This document shows, in pieces, positions 56,579-57,141 of a DNA stretch of 57,141 bases. How positions within the stretch are numbered: the first letter of the stretch is position 1; each line of letters begins with the position of its first letter. The translations under genes and the position numbers were made by a program. The notes under the pieces were generated by a model, which saw only the letters and a program-made list of their open reading frames with translations, was not told the origin of the DNA and ran no database searches. The DNA lies in the NCBI GenBank assembly GCA_038924245.1, contig JBCKVB010000004.1:1-57141 (forward strand), written 5' to 3'. The DNA comes from Gammaproteobacteria bacterium (GTDB lineage Bacteria; Pseudomonadota; Gammaproteobacteria; SURF-13).

Positions 56579-56899
56579 ATGTCATTACTCAAACCTGGCA
56601 CACTCTGTGTCATCGTTGGTGGCTGCCCAGAAAATATTGGCCTCATCGTCGAAGTTCTTGCCCACCTCGGGCCACGCCCTCCCCGTGCTGACGCGTACAG
56701 CATACGAACCTCCAGTGGCCGGCCTTTTCCTCAGCTATGGGGCCTAGGCGGCCGCCTTGAACGCGGCTACACCAATGAGGCCATTACGGATCGGCACAAA
56801 CTTGCCCCCCTGGTTGATTCCAAGGATGAGTCCGAAGTGCGAAGCCGCGCCGTAAAGCGTGTGCCGGGCAGAAAGCGCGAACTGGAGACCTGCCACTAA
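56579..56899 (+). CDS. Small phage-like hypothetical protein ORF2 (paralogue of ORF1)
   Basis: MSLLKPGTLCVIVGGCPENIGLIVEV; SD AGGAG 7 nt upstream. Confidence 0.78.
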   Translation: MSLLKPGTLCVIVGGCPENIGLIVEVLAHLGPRPPRADAYSIRTSSGRPFPQLWGLGGRLERGYTNEAITDRHKLAPLVDSKDESEVRSRAVKRVPGRKRELETCH

Positions 56900-56982
56900 G
56901 TGACCCGGGGCAGCACCACCGGCCACTAACTTTTCAGAATATACGAATACGGCTTGATCCACCGCCCTCGCGGGGAACGGAT

Positions 56983-57039
56983 CGGGGGGATTTGATCCAG
57001 ATTGCCGCCCCGACACATCGTCAAACGGCTAAATAGGAG
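56983..57039 (+). ncRNA. SAM-II/SAM-V-type riboswitch aptamer 4 (translational)
   Basis: Near-copy of aptamer 3: CGGGG/CCCCG, TTGCCG/CGGC(T)AA, SD TAGGAG. Confidence 0.75.
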
Positions 57040-57045
57040 AACGAA

Positions 57046-57141
57046 ATGTCGTACACAAATGAAGAAGTAATTAGTGCACTTATCCCGCACCCCCGGGGGA
57101 TTCAGGCTCTTCGGGAGGCGCTGCGCATCCAGCCGGAGTAT
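57046..57141 (+). CDS. Hypothetical ORF3, truncated by window end
   Basis: MSYTNEEVISALIPHPRGIQALREALRIQPEY; SD 6 nt upstream. Confidence 0.65.
   Translation, partial: MSYTNEEVISALIPHPRGIQALREALRIQPEY

Larger units (their letters stand above)
38224..57141. mobile_element. tRNA-Asn-anchored genomic island (right end beyond window)
   Basis: Integrase directly after tRNA, compositional shift, IS remnants, defence cargo; no repeat of the tRNA 3' end seen. Confidence 0.85.

Noticed and set aside
56513-57039. Direct repeats as CRISPR array or integron attC sites
   Set aside because: Only two ~60-nt copies separated by a full gene; they contain SDs and a pseudoknot signature, and lack attC RYYYAAC/GTTRRRY boxes; no cas or intI genes
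38224-57141. attR copy of the tRNA-Asn 3' end
   Set aside because: Not seen by eye in the window; island boundary left open

Overview
GC-rich proteobacterial (probably gammaproteobacterial) chromosome segment. 1-38.2 kb is mostly core genome: ftsH-rlmE-greA-carB-carA, dapB-dnaJ-dnaK-grpE-hrcA, srkA, phhB, orn, tRNA-Leu, queA-tgt-yajC-secD-secF, cysS-gltX, ppi-lpxH-prmB, comEA. Small accessory inserts include egtB-egtD, a decayed hicBA, a cfa/GGR/pmtA lipid cluster, REP-like palindromes and a mini-IS. From tRNA-Asn (38148-38223) to the window end lies a P4-integrase genomic island whose right junction is not in the window. It carries a truncated umuC next to a dif-like site, a secreted-nuclease trio, and a 7-gene defence operon (dcm-vsr-MvaI/BcnI-like REase-MORC ATPase-Z1-DUF4420-AIPR, i.e. 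Mza-like). The most unusual signal is at the far end (55.7-57.1 kb): four SAM-II/SAM-V-type riboswitch pseudoknots, recognised by eye with compensatory pairing among copies. Two sit in tandem behind a sigma70 promoter (one followed by a terminator, one by an SD-sequestering hairpin), and one precedes each further small ORF. They control small phage-like proteins of unknown function, two of them paralogous, rather than methionine/SAM metabolic genes. This suggests an undescribed SAM-depletion-responsive module beside a SAM-dependent restriction-modification/Mza locus. All calls are from motif recognition without database searches.
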